From Eledone cirrhosa (Eukaryota), in NCBI GenBank assembly GCA_964016885.1, contig OZ024740.1, positions 432,512,001 to 432,576,000 on the forward strand: a DNA stretch of 64,000 nt, given 5' to 3'. A program made the translations under genes and the position numbers. Of the stretch, positions 1 through 18,446 are shown one piece after another. Under the pieces are notes generated by a model, which was not told where the DNA came from, searched no databases, and saw only the letters and a list, made by a program, of their open reading frames with translations. Position 1 is the stretch's first letter; each line of letters opens with the position of its first letter.

Positions 1-377
1 ATATGTATATATATATATATGTATGTATATATATGTGTATATATATGTGTATGTATGTATATATATGTATATGTATATGTATATGTGTGTATATGTATAT
101 ATATGTATATATGTATATATGTATATGTGTATGTGTGTATATGTATGTATATGTATATATGTGTGTGTATATATATATGTATATATGTGTATATGTATAT
201 ATATATGTATGTATATGTATATATATATATATGTATATATATATGTATATATGTGTATATATATATGTATATGTGTGTATGTATATATATGTATGTGTAT
301 GTATATGTATATGTATGTGTGTATGTGTATGTATATATGTATGTATATGTATATATGTGTATATGTGTGTATATATG

Positions 378-408
<31 letters not shown>

Positions 409-581
409 GTGTATGTATATGTGTATATATATGTATATGTGTATGTATATGTATATATGTATATGTGTATGTGTATATATATGTATATATATGTGTATAT
501 ATATATATATGTATGTATATGTGTATATATATGTATATGTATGTGTATATGTGTGTATATATATATGTATGTATATATATA
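1..581. repeat. (TA)n/(TATG)n alternating purine-pyrimidine microsatellite
   Basis: Only TA/TG dinucleotides; ORFs here are Y/I/M/C/V low-complexity artefacts. Confidence 0.97.
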
Positions 582-1142
582 TGTCTCATGGTCGGGTCGT
601 TGGCGACTAAACTGGCAACCCCACCAAGGTTTCTTGGTGAGGAGGGTGACTTTGGACATCCTGCAGGACTAAAAACAAGACCTGTCAAAGGGCAAAGGAG
701 CTCTTAAGAGTCAATGGCCATCCAAAATCACAGGGAGAGATGACCCCTTAGCCTTTGTCAAGGCAGAATTCTAGGAGAAGGAAAACTCTGATATAACACC
801 TGCAACCCTGATGGTATCCAATGATGTTGACTTGTTCTTCTTTTTGGTAAATATCATCTTGGTTAAGAGAGTGGGACTGGCTTTGTGCAGTGCCTTTGCT
901 CACTATAAAAGCTTCACGGCACAGGCATTGCTTTATATCTGGAGATATCTCTGCACTTGTCATCACATGTACCATGGGCCCAGCACTATATGTCAATAAT
1001 GGTCACAAGTGGGGTATTTGTGCCAGAGTTTTCAAGTCGCTGGCTGGACTAGAAACTCACACTCGTTCAGCGCATCGGTAGGGGTTCTCCTACATGGATA
1101 TAAAGTAGTGGCCGTACTCGAAAACGAGTTGGCAGCCACCAT
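582..1142 (+). mobile_element. Non-autonomous RTE-derived element A, copy 1 (slightly 5'-truncated)
   Basis: Near-identical to copies at 2207, 5016, 19990, 24778, 47573; contains ggagaaggaaaactctga (RTE 5'UTR-like); ends ctcgaaaacgag..gcagccaccat then (AT)n. Confidence 0.85.
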
Positions 1143-1179
1143 ATATATATGTATGTATTTATATATATATGAATGTATG

Positions 1180-1213
<34 letters not shown>

Positions 1214-2143
1214 TGTATGTATGTATGTATGTATGTATGTATGTATGTATGTATGTATGTATGTATGTATGTATGTATGTATGTATATATGTATGTATGT
1301 ATATATATATGTATGTATGTATATATATATGTATGTATGTATGTATATATATATGTATGTATGTATATATATATATGTATGTATGTATATATATATATGT
1401 ATGTATGTATATATATATATGTATGTATGTATATATATATATGTGTGTATGTATGTATATATATGTATGTATGTATATATATATATGTATGTATATATAT
1501 ATATGTATGTATATATATATATGTATGTATATATATATATGTATGTATATATATATATATGTATGTATATATATATATATGTATGTATATATATATATAT
1601 GTATGTATATATATATATATGTATGTATATATATATATATGTATGTATATATATATATATGTATGTATATATATATATATGTATGTATATATATATATAT
1701 GTATGTATATATATATATATATGTATGTATATATATATATATATGTATGTATGTATATATATATATGTATGTATGTATATATATATATATATGTATGTAT
1801 GTATATATATATATGTATGTATGTATGTATGTATATATATATGTATGTATGTATATATATATGTATGTATGTATATATGTATGTATGTATGTATATATAT
1901 ATGTATGTATGTATATATATATGTATGTATGTATATATATATGTATGTATATATATATGTATGTATGTATATATATATGTATGTATATATATATGTATGT
2001 ATGTATATATATATGTATGTATGTATATATATATGTATGTATGTATGTATATATATATGTATGTATGTATATATATATGTATGTATGTATATATATATAT
2101 ATGTATGTATGTATATATATATGTATGTATATATATATGTATG

Positions 2144-2177
<34 letters not shown>

Positions 2178-2206
2178 TTTATGTATGTATGTATGTATGT
2201 ATGTAT
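1143..2206. repeat. (TATG)n/(TA)n microsatellite
   Basis: Direct; includes a 20-bp periodic block at about 1560-1700. Confidence 0.97.
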
Positions 2207-2570
2207 GGAAAACTCTGATATAACACCTGCAACCCTGATGGTATCCAATGATGTTGACTTGTTCTTCTTTTTGGTAAATATCATCTTGGTTAAGAGAGTG
2301 GGACTGGCTTTGTGCAGTGCCTTTGCTCACTATAAAAGCTTCACAGCACAGGCATTGCTTTATATCTGGAGATCTCTCTGCACTTGTCATCACATGGTAC
2401 CATGGGCCCTGCACTATGTGTCAATAATGGTCACAAGTGTAGTCTTTGTGCCAGAGTTTTCAAGTCGCTGGCTGGACTAAAAAGTCACATTCGTTCAGCG
2501 CATCGGTAGGGGTTCTCCTACATGGATATAAAGTAGTGGCCGTACTCGAAAACGAGTTGGCAGCCACCAT
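2207..2570 (+). mobile_element. Element A copy 2 (5'-truncated)
   Basis: Same 3' end as the other copies; starts at ggaaaactctg. Confidence 0.85.
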
Positions 2571-4082
<1,512 letters not shown>

Positions 4083-4684
4083 AGTAATAATAATAAAATT
4101 GAAGACTAAAATCCAAAGAGGGCTCGATAAGGAAAATATATATCAAATATATAAGAACCGTAGAGCAAATATTTATTAAAATAACAGATTAAAGTTTAAG
4201 CAAAGAATCGCTGCTTTCACCCTTAACGGGATCTTCTGAAACTAACAAAGTCAATCTGTAAAAGCAGAACTGGATATTTCAAAAAACGTTGCAACCGGAG
4301 GAAGACAGGAAGACGATACTTTGGTTCGTGGTAACGTTCGCTGGCAAAGAACGGGAAAAAACGAATAATACGTCATTAATAGGAGCGGTAAAAAACAATT
4401 ACGCGCAAAGACAGAACCACGTTTTATACCATAAACGTGGTTCTGTCTTTGCGCGTAATTGTTTTTCACCGCTCCTAGTAATGACGTATTATTCGTTTTT
4501 TCCCGTTCTTTGCCAGCGAACGTTACCACGAACCAAAGTATCGTCTTCCTGTCTTCCTCCTGTTGCAACGTTTTTTGAAATATCCAGTTCTGCTTTTACA
4601 GATTGACTTTGTTAGTTTCAGAAGATCCCGTTAAGGGTGAAAGCAGCGATTCTTTGCTTAAACTTTAATCTGTTATTTTAATAA

Positions 4685-4688
<4 letters not shown>
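4083..4688. mobile_element. Long inverted repeat (arms 4169-4424 and 4433-4688), probable Penelope-like inverted pseudo-LTR
   Basis: 256-bp arms with about 3 mismatches, 8-nt spacer, one-sided extension 4083-4168, hammerhead-like cagaaga-tccc-gttaa-gggt-gaaa at 4619-4642. Confidence 0.65.
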
Positions 4689-4716
<28 letters not shown>

Positions 4717-4753
4717 GTATATGTATGTATGTATGTATATATATGTATGTATG

Positions 4754-4786
<33 letters not shown>

Positions 4787-4787
4787 G

Positions 4788-4820
<33 letters not shown>

Positions 4821-4975
4821 GTATATATGTATGTATGTATATATATGTATGTATGTATATATATGTATGTATGTATATATATGTATGTATGTATATGTAT
4901 GTATGTATGTATATATATGTATGTATGTATGTATATATATGTATGTATGTATGTATATGTATGTATGTATGTATG

Positions 4976-5015
<40 letters not shown>

Positions 5016-5016
<1 letters not shown>

Positions 5017-5350
5017 GATGGTATCCAATGATGTTGACTTGTTCTTCTTTTTGGTAAATATCATCTTGGTTAAGAGAGTGGGACTGGCTTTGTGCAGTAC
5101 CTTTGCTCACTATAAAAGCTTCACGGCACAGGCATTGCTTTATATCTGGTGATCTCTCTGCACTTGTCATCACATGGTACCATGGACCCAGCACTATGTG
5201 TCAATAATTGTCACAAGTGTAGTGTTTGTACCAGAGTTTTCAAGTCACTGGCTGGACTAAAAAGTCACACTCGTTCAGCGCATCGGTAGGGGTTCTCCTA
5301 CATGGATATAAAGTAGTGGCCGTACTCGAAAACGAGTTGGCAGCCACCAT
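5016..5350 (+). mobile_element. Element A copy 3 (5'-truncated)
   Basis: Same 3' end; embedded in TATG tracts. Confidence 0.85.
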
Positions 5351-5437
5351 ATATATGTATGTATATATATATGTATGTATATATATATGTATGTATGTAT
5401 GTATATATATATGTATGTATATATATATGTATGTATG

Positions 5438-5469
<32 letters not shown>

Positions 5470-5529
5470 TATATATGTATATGTATGTATATATATGTAT
5501 ATGTATGTATATATATGTATGTATGTATG

Positions 5530-5561
<32 letters not shown>

Positions 5562-5850
5562 TGTATGTATATATGTATGTATGTATATATGTATGTATGT
5601 ATGTATGTGTATATATATATGTATGTATGTATGTGTATATATATATATATGTATGTATGTATGTATATGTATGTATGTGTATGTATGTATATGTATGTAT
5701 GTGTATATATGTATGTATGTATGTGTATATATATATGTATGTATGTATGTGGATGTATGTATGTATGTATATTTATATATATGTATGTATGTGGATGTAT
5801 GTATGTATGTATGTATGTATATATGTATGTATGTATATATATATATGTAG

Positions 5851-6840
5851 GTTGATCAGTTTGTCTACCTGGGAAGCACTGTCAATCGATACGGCAACCG
5901 TGACAGTGAAATCTCACTTAGGATTGGGAAAGCAAGTGATGCTTTCGGAAAGCTAGAAAGGCGACTCTGGGGTCGGCGAGACATATGCAGGAGGACAAAG
6001 GTAAAGGTGTACAGGGCATGTGTACTCTCTTGTCTTCTTTATGCCTTTGAGAACTGGGTCACATATCGACGCCACCTTAAGCAATTGGAGCGTTTCCATC
6101 AGATGTGTCTCAGACGGATCCATGGCGTTCACTGGAGGGACCACATCAGTGATGTCGAGATTTTGGAAAGCTCTATGTGTGACAGTATAGAAGCTCTTGT
6201 GTTTAAGCAACGACTCCGTTGGAGTGGTCACCTTGCCAGGATGAAGGATTCTAGAATACCAAAACAACTCTTTTATGGAGAGTTGGTTAAAGGAAAACGA
6301 CCGCCACATAAACCAAAAAAGAGGTATAAGGATTCCTTGAAAGCCTCTCTGAAAGACGCTAACATCTCTGCTGATACATGGGAGAACATTGCTGCTGATC
6401 GTAATAAATGGAGAAAGACTGTATATGAGGGAAAAGTTGCCTTTGAGGCATCTCGAATCGCACACGAGAAAGTAAAGCGGGATGTGAGGAAGGGCATTGC
6501 TGTTGCACTTCCAGACGGCGAGGGTCCTCCTATGGTGCTGACATGCAGCGTCTGTGCGAGACTCTGCCTAAGCAAAGCTGGACTCGAAAGTCATCTTCGC
6601 AGTCATAAAGAAAGACCAATGGTTGACTACCAGGCTGCTGTTGGAGATGCTACTCATCATGCTTGCCAAACATGTGGTAGAGAATGAAAATCAGCAGGAG
6701 GGCTCAAGCGACATGCAAAAGTACACGAACTCCAACCACAGCCGACTATTCCCAGTGAATGTTTTTGTTGCCGACTCTGTGCAAGACATTTTAGATCATT
6801 GGCTGGGCTAAAAAGCCACATTCGATCGCAGCGCTGTTAG
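5851..6840 (+). mobile_element. 5'-truncated RTE-clade LINE ORF end with three C-terminal C2H2-type zinc fingers; premature stop at 6685-6687
   Basis: FVYLGS, LLYAFENW, RLRWSGHLARM..RIPKQLFYGEL RTE motifs; fingers CSVC..HLRSH, CQTC..HAKVH and a degenerate CRLC..HIRS in frame across the TGA. Confidence 0.88.
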
Positions 6841-7029
6841 TTGCTATCGTGTGTGTGTGTGTGTGTGTAGATATGCTTGTGTGTGTGTATATATATATGT
6901 AGATTATTATTGTTGTCGTTATTATTATTGTTGTTATTATTATTATTATTATTGTTATTAATGTATGTGTGTGTGTGTGTGTGTGTGTATATGTATATAT
7001 ATATATTTCTCTTTTTTTTATTTTTTTTT

Positions 7030-7065
<36 letters not shown>

Positions 7066-9083
7066 TGCATTTATCTTGCTTTATGTTTATACGAGTTATC
7101 ACCAAGTCACAACCAGTGACCTCAAGAGACAACAAGGTCCGCCATGTTCAAGAAAGAACATACATATTCACACATGCATCCTTAGTGTTTAGACTTGTGA
7201 TGTACTTATATTGACAGAATCTTCCTTAGTATATGGGCAGTTCCCATTAGTACTATCTTTTGTATTTCTCCTATACGAGGGTTTCCTGGGATTTGCGATA
7301 AGTAGTCGTTAGACCCCTTAGGTATCATTCCCAGAGCGCCTACAACCACTGGTATTGTTTTAGTTCTCAATTTCCACATTTTTCCAATTTCTATCTCCAG
7401 GTCCTTATACTTGCTCAATTTTTCAAATGTTTTTATAGATACATTCTTGTCTATTGGAACAGACATATCAATTAGCAGGCATACCCTCCTTTGAAAGTCC
7501 TTCAATATTATATCAGGTCTATTTGCATCTATTTTTCGGTCTGTTTGGATGCTAAAGTTCCACAAGATTGAGATGTGATCTTTTTCAAGTATGGGAGGTG
7601 GTTGATGCTCCCACCAATTCTTTTGATGGGGCAGGTCAAAATGCTTACACATTATCCAATGTATGTATTGTGCAGCTCTGTCATGCCTGTTTAGGTATTC
7701 GGTTGGAGCTATAGGACTGCACATTGAAATTATATGGTCAATGGTCTCTGGTTGTATTTTGCATACACGGCATAATGGGCTGCACCCATTTTTTATTATG
7801 TTGGCTTGGTAATTTTTTGTTGGCAGACACTGATTTTGTGCCGATATAATCAGTCCTTCAGTCTCCGATTTCAGTCCAGAGGATGCCAACCACTGATGGG
7901 TTAAAGTTTTGTCAACATCAGGATTGTTAGCTCGCTCTGGGTATTTTCCATACAGAGGCTTTTCTTGCCATTTCTTAGCCAGTTTCTGTAGCAGTTCTTT
8001 CTTTGCAGTTACTTTTACCTGCTTTGCTTTTTCTGTGTTTTCCATTTCAGCAGTAAATGGGACTTCTGAAATTTGTAGTCCATTACTGTATCTTTGTGCA
8101 TCTTTTGTAATGGAATATGATCTTTTGGTGCTTTCGTGTTTCAAAACGAGTTTGATCATCCAATCATGTGATTCCCTTAGATATGTGGATAATCCAATTG
8201 TTGCAGTTTTCAACGCAATGTCTAACTGGATTAACCCACGTCCTCCTTCTTTCCTAGGGAGATATATTCTATCTATGTCTGCCTTAGGGTGATGCATTCT
8301 GTGCATGGTTAAGAATTTTCGGATTTTTGTATCGAGCCTACGGATCTCTGTGCTTGACCAGTTGATGACATTGTAACTGTAGGTTACTACTGGTATGGCA
8401 AGCGTGTTTATGGCATCGATCCTATTCCTTGCATTCAATTCCGTTCTTAAGATTGCTCTGACTCTGCGGTAACATTCCTTCCTTATCCTTTCCCTCATTG
8501 TCGAGTGCTTGATTCCGTCTCCTTCACAAACACCTAGATATTTGTAAGTTTTTTCTTGATCAAGCTCTCTTATCACGTTCCCCCGATCAAGATTAATGTC
8601 TGAACTCTTCAGCAGCTTTCCTCTGGTGAACGTTGCTTTGGCGCATTTATCCAGTCCAAACTCCATTTTAATGTCATCACTGAACTGCTTCACAGTGGAT
8701 AATTGCCCTTGCAATTGTTCATCATTTTTTGCAAATAGTTTCAGGTCATCCATGTAGAACAGGTGATTAATGGTTTTGTCATAGACTCTATATCCATGTT
8801 TTGTTTCATTGAGCATTTTACTTAATGGTATAAGTGCGATGCAGAATAAAAGCGGTGATAAAGAGTCGCCCTGAAAAATTCCACAATTAATGTTAACTTC
8901 TCCAGCTTCCAGTGATTTTGTTTCACTATTCAAAAGGAGTGTCGTTCTCCATGTCCTCATACTGAATGACAAAAACCTCCTGACAACGGGGGATATTTTG
9001 AAAATCTCTAAACATTTTTCAATCCAACTGTGTGGCAAACTATCGAATGCTTTTTTATAATCTATCCAAGCAATCGATAGATT
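7066..9083 (-). mobile_element. 5'-truncated R4/Dong-clade non-LTR retrotransposon (RT + CCHC + restriction-like endonuclease)
   Basis: ORF to 7206: WIDYKKAFDS, IFQGDSLSP, FYMDD, CRVC..H...C, RHD, RPDII..LIDMS..EKLSKY; 3'UTR runs into (TAA)n on the minus strand. Confidence 0.92.
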
Positions 9084-9113
9084 TTATTATTATTATTATT
9101 ATTGTTATTGTTA

Positions 9114-12100
9114 TTCCTTGAATCTCAGTCATTGATGTTGGTTAACTGGAAAGTCCGTTGGATTGAATATCAAGCCACTACCTGCAGCCTCAGATATTCA
9201 GGACGTATCGGAGGGTTCTTGCTGTTCCAAGCAAGCATGCCTTTTGAAGCGTTCCAAAAAGCGTGAAGGGGCCTATTTTCTTTAACCATCCCTGGAAACT
9301 TTTGGAGATAGTCCCCAGTGCGCCTATGACAATCGGGATCTCTTTGACTTCATGGCAGTTCCAAATCCTTTTCACCTCCCACTTTAGGTCCTGGTATCGG
9401 TTAATTTTCTCCCTCTCCTTCTCTTGCACTCTCGTGTCGAACGGGCAGGCCACATCCACAATCAGACACGATCTTTTTTCTTTGTCCACAACCACCAGGT
9501 CAGGTCTATTGTGTTCCAGTTTTTTGTCCGTCTGTATCCTAAAATCCCACAGCACCTTCACCTGATTGTTCTCCATCACCGCCTCTGGCCTATGCTCATA
9601 CCATTTCTCAGAATGTGGTAAATTGTTTACTTTGCACAGGTGCCAGTGGATCACCCTGCCCATCACATCGTGTCTCCAGCCCTTATAGTGGGTCTGGGCT
9701 AGGTGTTTACACTCGGACACAATGTGAACCACAGTCTCCTCTCTCTCTCCACAGATCCTGCACAGTGGGCTAGCCTCCTCCTTGTAGATATGGTGCTTCA
9801 ACCACTTCGTTTTGAGGGCCTGCTCCTGCGCAGCCATTAGCATTCCTTCTGTAGCCTTTTTGAGGTCTCCTCTTCTCAACCAGTTCCATGTCTGTGGATC
9901 TCTAAATTCAGTTTTCTCAAAGAAGGTACTATGAAGGGATTTTCCCTCAAGGCTGCTCTTCCTCCTTGATGTTATTTCCTCCTTGGACATCCCCTGGCCT
10001 ACTGTCCCCTCCTTCAGTACAGTTCTGAGCATTGGCTCCTTACTATAGGTCACGTATTTGTATAGGTTGTTTTTCTCCATCTGAACACAGTCCTCTATGC
10101 TGATAAGACCTCTTCCACCCTCAGATCTCCTTAGGTAGAGTCTATCGACATCACTCCTCTTGTGGAACATGTTGTAGATAGTCAATAGCTTCCTAGTCTT
10201 CCTATCCATTTCTTTTTGTTCAGCAACATTCCATCTCAGAATTCCCGCACTGTACCTAATAATAGACACAGCTCGGGAATTTACTGCGCTTATGGCATTT
10301 CTGCTGTTCAGATGTGACTTCAATACGCTCCTTACTCTCCGAATGTATTCAGATCTTAACAATTCCTTCATTTTTTTGTTCTTTATGCCATCAGCCTCCA
10401 GAACGCCCAAATACTTGTATCCTTCCTCAGAGTCAATTTCCTTTATCATCTCACCTGTTGGTATCTGGATCCCGTTACTTCTGCTCAACCTACCCCTCTT
10501 CATCACAATGACTCCACATTTACCAATACCAAACTGCATACATATATCACTGCTGAAAATACGGACAGTGTCAACAAGCACATCCAACTCCTTCTCACTT
10601 TTCCCGAAGAGCTTAAGATCGTCCATGAAGAGGAGGTGATTGATGGTAAGCTCTCCCCTTCCCAACTTGTATCCTGCTCTCACTTTTCGCAGCATAATGG
10701 TCAAGGGCATCAGGGCAAGGACAAACAACAGAGGGGACAGGCTATCTCCCTGGAAGATACCTCTCTTGATCTTCACGCTTCCCAAGGATACTCCAGTTGA
10801 TGTCAACTCTGTCTCCCAGGACCCCATACTCCTGCCTAGCAACTGTCTGATGTTATCTGCCACCCTGAAGATCTCCAGGCTTTTGGTGATCCAGGAATGA
10901 GGCACCATGTCAAATGCCTTTCTGTAGTCTATCCATCCCATGGCAAGATCAGTGTGTCTCCTCCTGCAATTCCCCATTACCATCTTATCAATAAGCAACT
11001 GGTCCTTTGTACCACGTGACTTCTTTCGGCATCCTTTCTGTTCGTCCGGTAACAAGTTGTTTGTGTGGAGGTGATGGTAGATTTCCTCAGACACAATGCT
11101 CGTCAACAGTTTCCACATTACGGACAGACATGTGATAGGTCTATAGTTGGTAACATCATTACCCTTGATTCGGTCTTTCATTATCAGAACTGTGGTACCT
11201 TTTGTCAACCACTCTGGCACCTCACCCGACACCAAGCAGTCATTGAACATGGCCGTCAGCTTCGGGTGGAGGGATGTTAAATGTTTAATCCAATACCCCT
11301 GCACACCATCTGGGCCTGGTGATTTCCAGTTGGTTAGTTTTTTGGCTTGCCCCTTAAGAGTTTCAACTGTGATACTCAAATCAGTCTGTTGTTGTGCCTG
11401 CTCACCGATCTCCCTCTGTACTGTCTCAATCCACCCTGCCTGGGCATTGTGTCTAACATCCTGCTCCCATATTCCTCTCCAGAATGTTTTAGTTTGTTCC
11501 GCCCCAGGGATCAAGTCGTTGCCTCTTTCTTTCCCCTCAAGCTGTCCAAACAGCATCTTCTGGTTGTTGTCGAACATGCGGTTCTGTTTATACTGACTGA
11601 CTCTGTTCTCGTATCGCCTGATTTTTGCACTCTTTGCTACAATGCGTTGCTTCAATTCCTCTATGATAATATTTAGCTTTTTACTCCTAGTTTTGTATTT
11701 TATTTCCAGTCTATTTTTAGTGCCTATGTTTTTTAGTGTCCCATTCAGTAGTGACTCAAGCTTTCCTATGTCATTTCTCATTTCCCTGATTTGCCCACTC
11801 AGTCGCTTCTTCCACCACGGCTCTGCTCTTTCTTGTCTGTTGTTTCCTCTCGCTTTTATACCAAGTAGTTTCCTCACCGTATTTGCTGTTGCTTTGAGGA
11901 TATTGTTGCACTGGTGAAGGCTCCTCGCCTCAAGGTATGGGATGACTTTGTTTACCTTAAGCTGTTGTTTCTTTTAACTTTTTCCTGTCTACAAATCTTA
12001 GGTTCATAGGTCTCCCACTATCATTGTTCAATTCATCTACCACTAAATTTAGGATGTCAACCGAATCTTGTCCTAGCCCGTCAGCACTCATCTCCTCAGT

Positions 12101-12927
12101 GGCCGTATCTCTGTTCCAGGTATTATTTATCTCAGTATTCAGATCATTGTCTGCTTCGGGTGGTTCCTCCGTTCTCAGGACCTCTTCACCTTCATTTCCC
12201 ACCGGCTCGCTTGTCTGGCATACTACACCCGCCATCTCCAAGCCATTCTCTCTGCTCAGTTCCTCCAGTTCCAGCTCGCTTATCCACCCATTAGTTCTTA
12301 TTACCCGAGCCTGCCCGGCCAATTTTTGTTCATCTAATTTAAATAAACCAATCTCGTTCCAGATGTTATGCATCCGTCTCCTGTAGCCCCTCTCCTTGGG
12401 GTTACTTTTCAGGTAGCATTGCATAACAGTTCTATTCAATTCTTTCGTCCAGTTGGTTCTGGCCCCTTTCCTTCTTCTTCTTCCTCCAACATCAGCAGTA
12501 TTTGGTTGACAGTCAGGTTCCTGCTGCTGAGCCAGGGGGCACCTGTTGGGTGAGAGTCTGTCACATGACGTTCTAGTCTCCATTTCACCGTTATTCGAAC
12601 TGTTTATGTTCGATATTTAAACACTCTTATCGAGGATTGGCGAATGTATAGTTACATAGCCATCTGTGGATGCGCCATCCCACTTGGCCCTTGTGTGGCA
12701 TTATCGCCACGCTGTATACGAACACACATAAACAAACAAACACACAGGCAGAAAGGGCCCCAAAAATGAATAAGCATAAGTTTCATTGTAATGTAGTGTT
12801 CGAATGTCTGACTTAGTTTTTGTTTTTTAAGTTTTACTTTTTCCCCCCTCTTCTCTGTCCGTCGCCTGCTTCTCTCTTCATTCTTATTTTCTTTACGTTT
12901 TTGGGGTTTCTTTTTTGTTTTTGTTTT
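9114..12927 (-). mobile_element. Apparently full-length R4/Dong-clade retrotransposon; ORF 12583-9190 broken by one extra base near 11959
   Basis: N-terminal WTKELN..GYRRRMHNIW domain, SPGPDG, YRPITC, FMDD, CRIC..H...C, RHD, RPDLVV..EKINRY; (TAA)n at both ends (9084-9113, 12928-12957). Confidence 0.93.
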
Positions 12928-12971
12928 TATTGTTATTATTATTATTATTATTATTATTTTTTTTTTTTTTC

Positions 12972-13013
12972 TCGTGCAATGGCCATACTCGATAACGAGG
13001 GGGCAGCCATCAT
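12972..13013 (+). mobile_element. Detached 3' terminus of an RTE LINE, probably of the 5851-6840 copy
   Basis: ggccatactcgataacgagggggcagccatcat matches the element A terminus ggccgtactcgaaaacgagttggcagccaccat. Confidence 0.65.
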
Positions 13014-16544
<3,531 letters not shown>

Positions 16545-16682
16545 AACGAAGGAAATGTGGTAAGGAACCAGGTGGACCATAACGCACCAAAGTACTCAAT
16601 ACTTGAGGTAGTAGAGTGGGTAATAGGAACCAGTAAGACCCCGACAGCTGAGCTCAAGCCGTTTCGACGGCTAATTCAGTAT
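16545..16682 (-). repeat. Short dispersed repeat; partial inverted copy at 25614-25669
   Basis: gagtactttggtgcgttatggtcca(c/t)ctggttccttaccacatttc shared; hairpin agccgtttcgacggct. Confidence 0.6.
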
Positions 16683-16729
16683 ATAATATATATATGTATA
16701 TATATATATGTATTATATATATATATATG

Positions 16730-16760
<31 letters not shown>

Positions 16761-16866
16761 GTATATATAAGGATTAGAATACTGGAGCATGTTTGAGTCA
16801 AACACCCTCTTCGTATTATAGAAATGACAGTAAAAGGTATAGCTCAATGCAGTTAAACAGAGCCAA

Positions 16867-16870
<4 letters not shown>

Positions 16871-16904
<34 letters not shown>

Positions 16905-17093
16905 GTATGTATATATGTATGTATATATGTATGTATATATATATGTATGTATATATATATGTATATATATATGTATATGTATGTATATATATATGTATGT
17001 ATATATATATGTATGTATATATATATGTATATGTATGTATATATATGTATATGTATGTATGTATGTATGTATATGTATGTATGTATATATATG

Positions 17094-17139
<46 letters not shown>

Positions 17140-17359
17140 TATGTATGTATATGTATGTATGTATGTATATATATGTATGTATGTATATATATATGTATAT
17201 ATATGTATGTATGTATGTATATATGTATGTGTGTATGTATGTATGTATGTATGTATATATATGTATGTATGAATATATATATGTATGTATATATATATAT
17301 GTATGTATATATATATATGTATGTATGTATATATATATATGTATGTATGTATATATATG

Positions 17360-17405
<46 letters not shown>

Positions 17406-17535
17406 TGTATGTATGTATGTATGTATGTATGTATGTATGTATGTATGTATGTATGTATGTATGTATGTATGTATGTATGTATGTATGTATGTATGTATGT
17501 ATATATATATGTATGTATATATGTATGTATGTATG

Positions 17536-17566
<31 letters not shown>

Positions 17567-18017
17567 ATATATATATATATGTATGTATATATATATATAT
17601 GTATGTATATATATATATATGTATGTATATATATATATATATGTATGTATATATATATATATATGTATGTATATATATATATATGTATGTATATATATAT
17701 ATATGTATGTATATATATATATATATATGTATGTATATATATATATATATATGTATGTATATATATATATATATGTATGTATATATATATATATATGTAT
17801 GTATATATATATATATGTATGTATATATATATATATGTATGTATATATATATATATGTATGTATATATATATATATGTATGTATATATATATATATGTAT
17901 GTATATATATATGTATGTATGTATATATATATATATGTATGTATATATATATGTATGTATATATATATATATGTATGTATATATATATATATGTATGTAT
18001 ATATATATATATGTATG

Positions 18018-18048
<31 letters not shown>

Positions 18049-18091
18049 GTATGTATATATATATATATGTGTATATATATATATATGTATG

Positions 18092-18144
<53 letters not shown>

Positions 18145-18237
18145 GTATGTTTATATATATATATATGTATGTTTATATATATATATATGTATGTTTATAT
18201 ATATATATATGTATGTTTATATATATATATATGTATG

Positions 18238-18268
<31 letters not shown>

Positions 18269-18446
18269 GTATGTTTATATATATATATATGTATGTTTAT
18301 ATATATATATATGTATGTTTATATATATATATATGTATGTTTATATATATATATATGTATGTTTATATATATATATATGTATGTTTATACATATATATAT
18401 GTATGTTTATATATATATATATGTATGTATGTATATATATATATGT
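16871..18446. repeat. (TA)n/(TATG)n microsatellite
   Basis: Direct; 22-bp units marked by gttt at about 18140-18420. Confidence 0.97.

Noticed and set aside
12584-12927. HDV-like ribozyme in the R4/Dong 5'UTR
   Set aside because: Only a small gtggc/gccac hairpin found; P1-P3 could not be assigned
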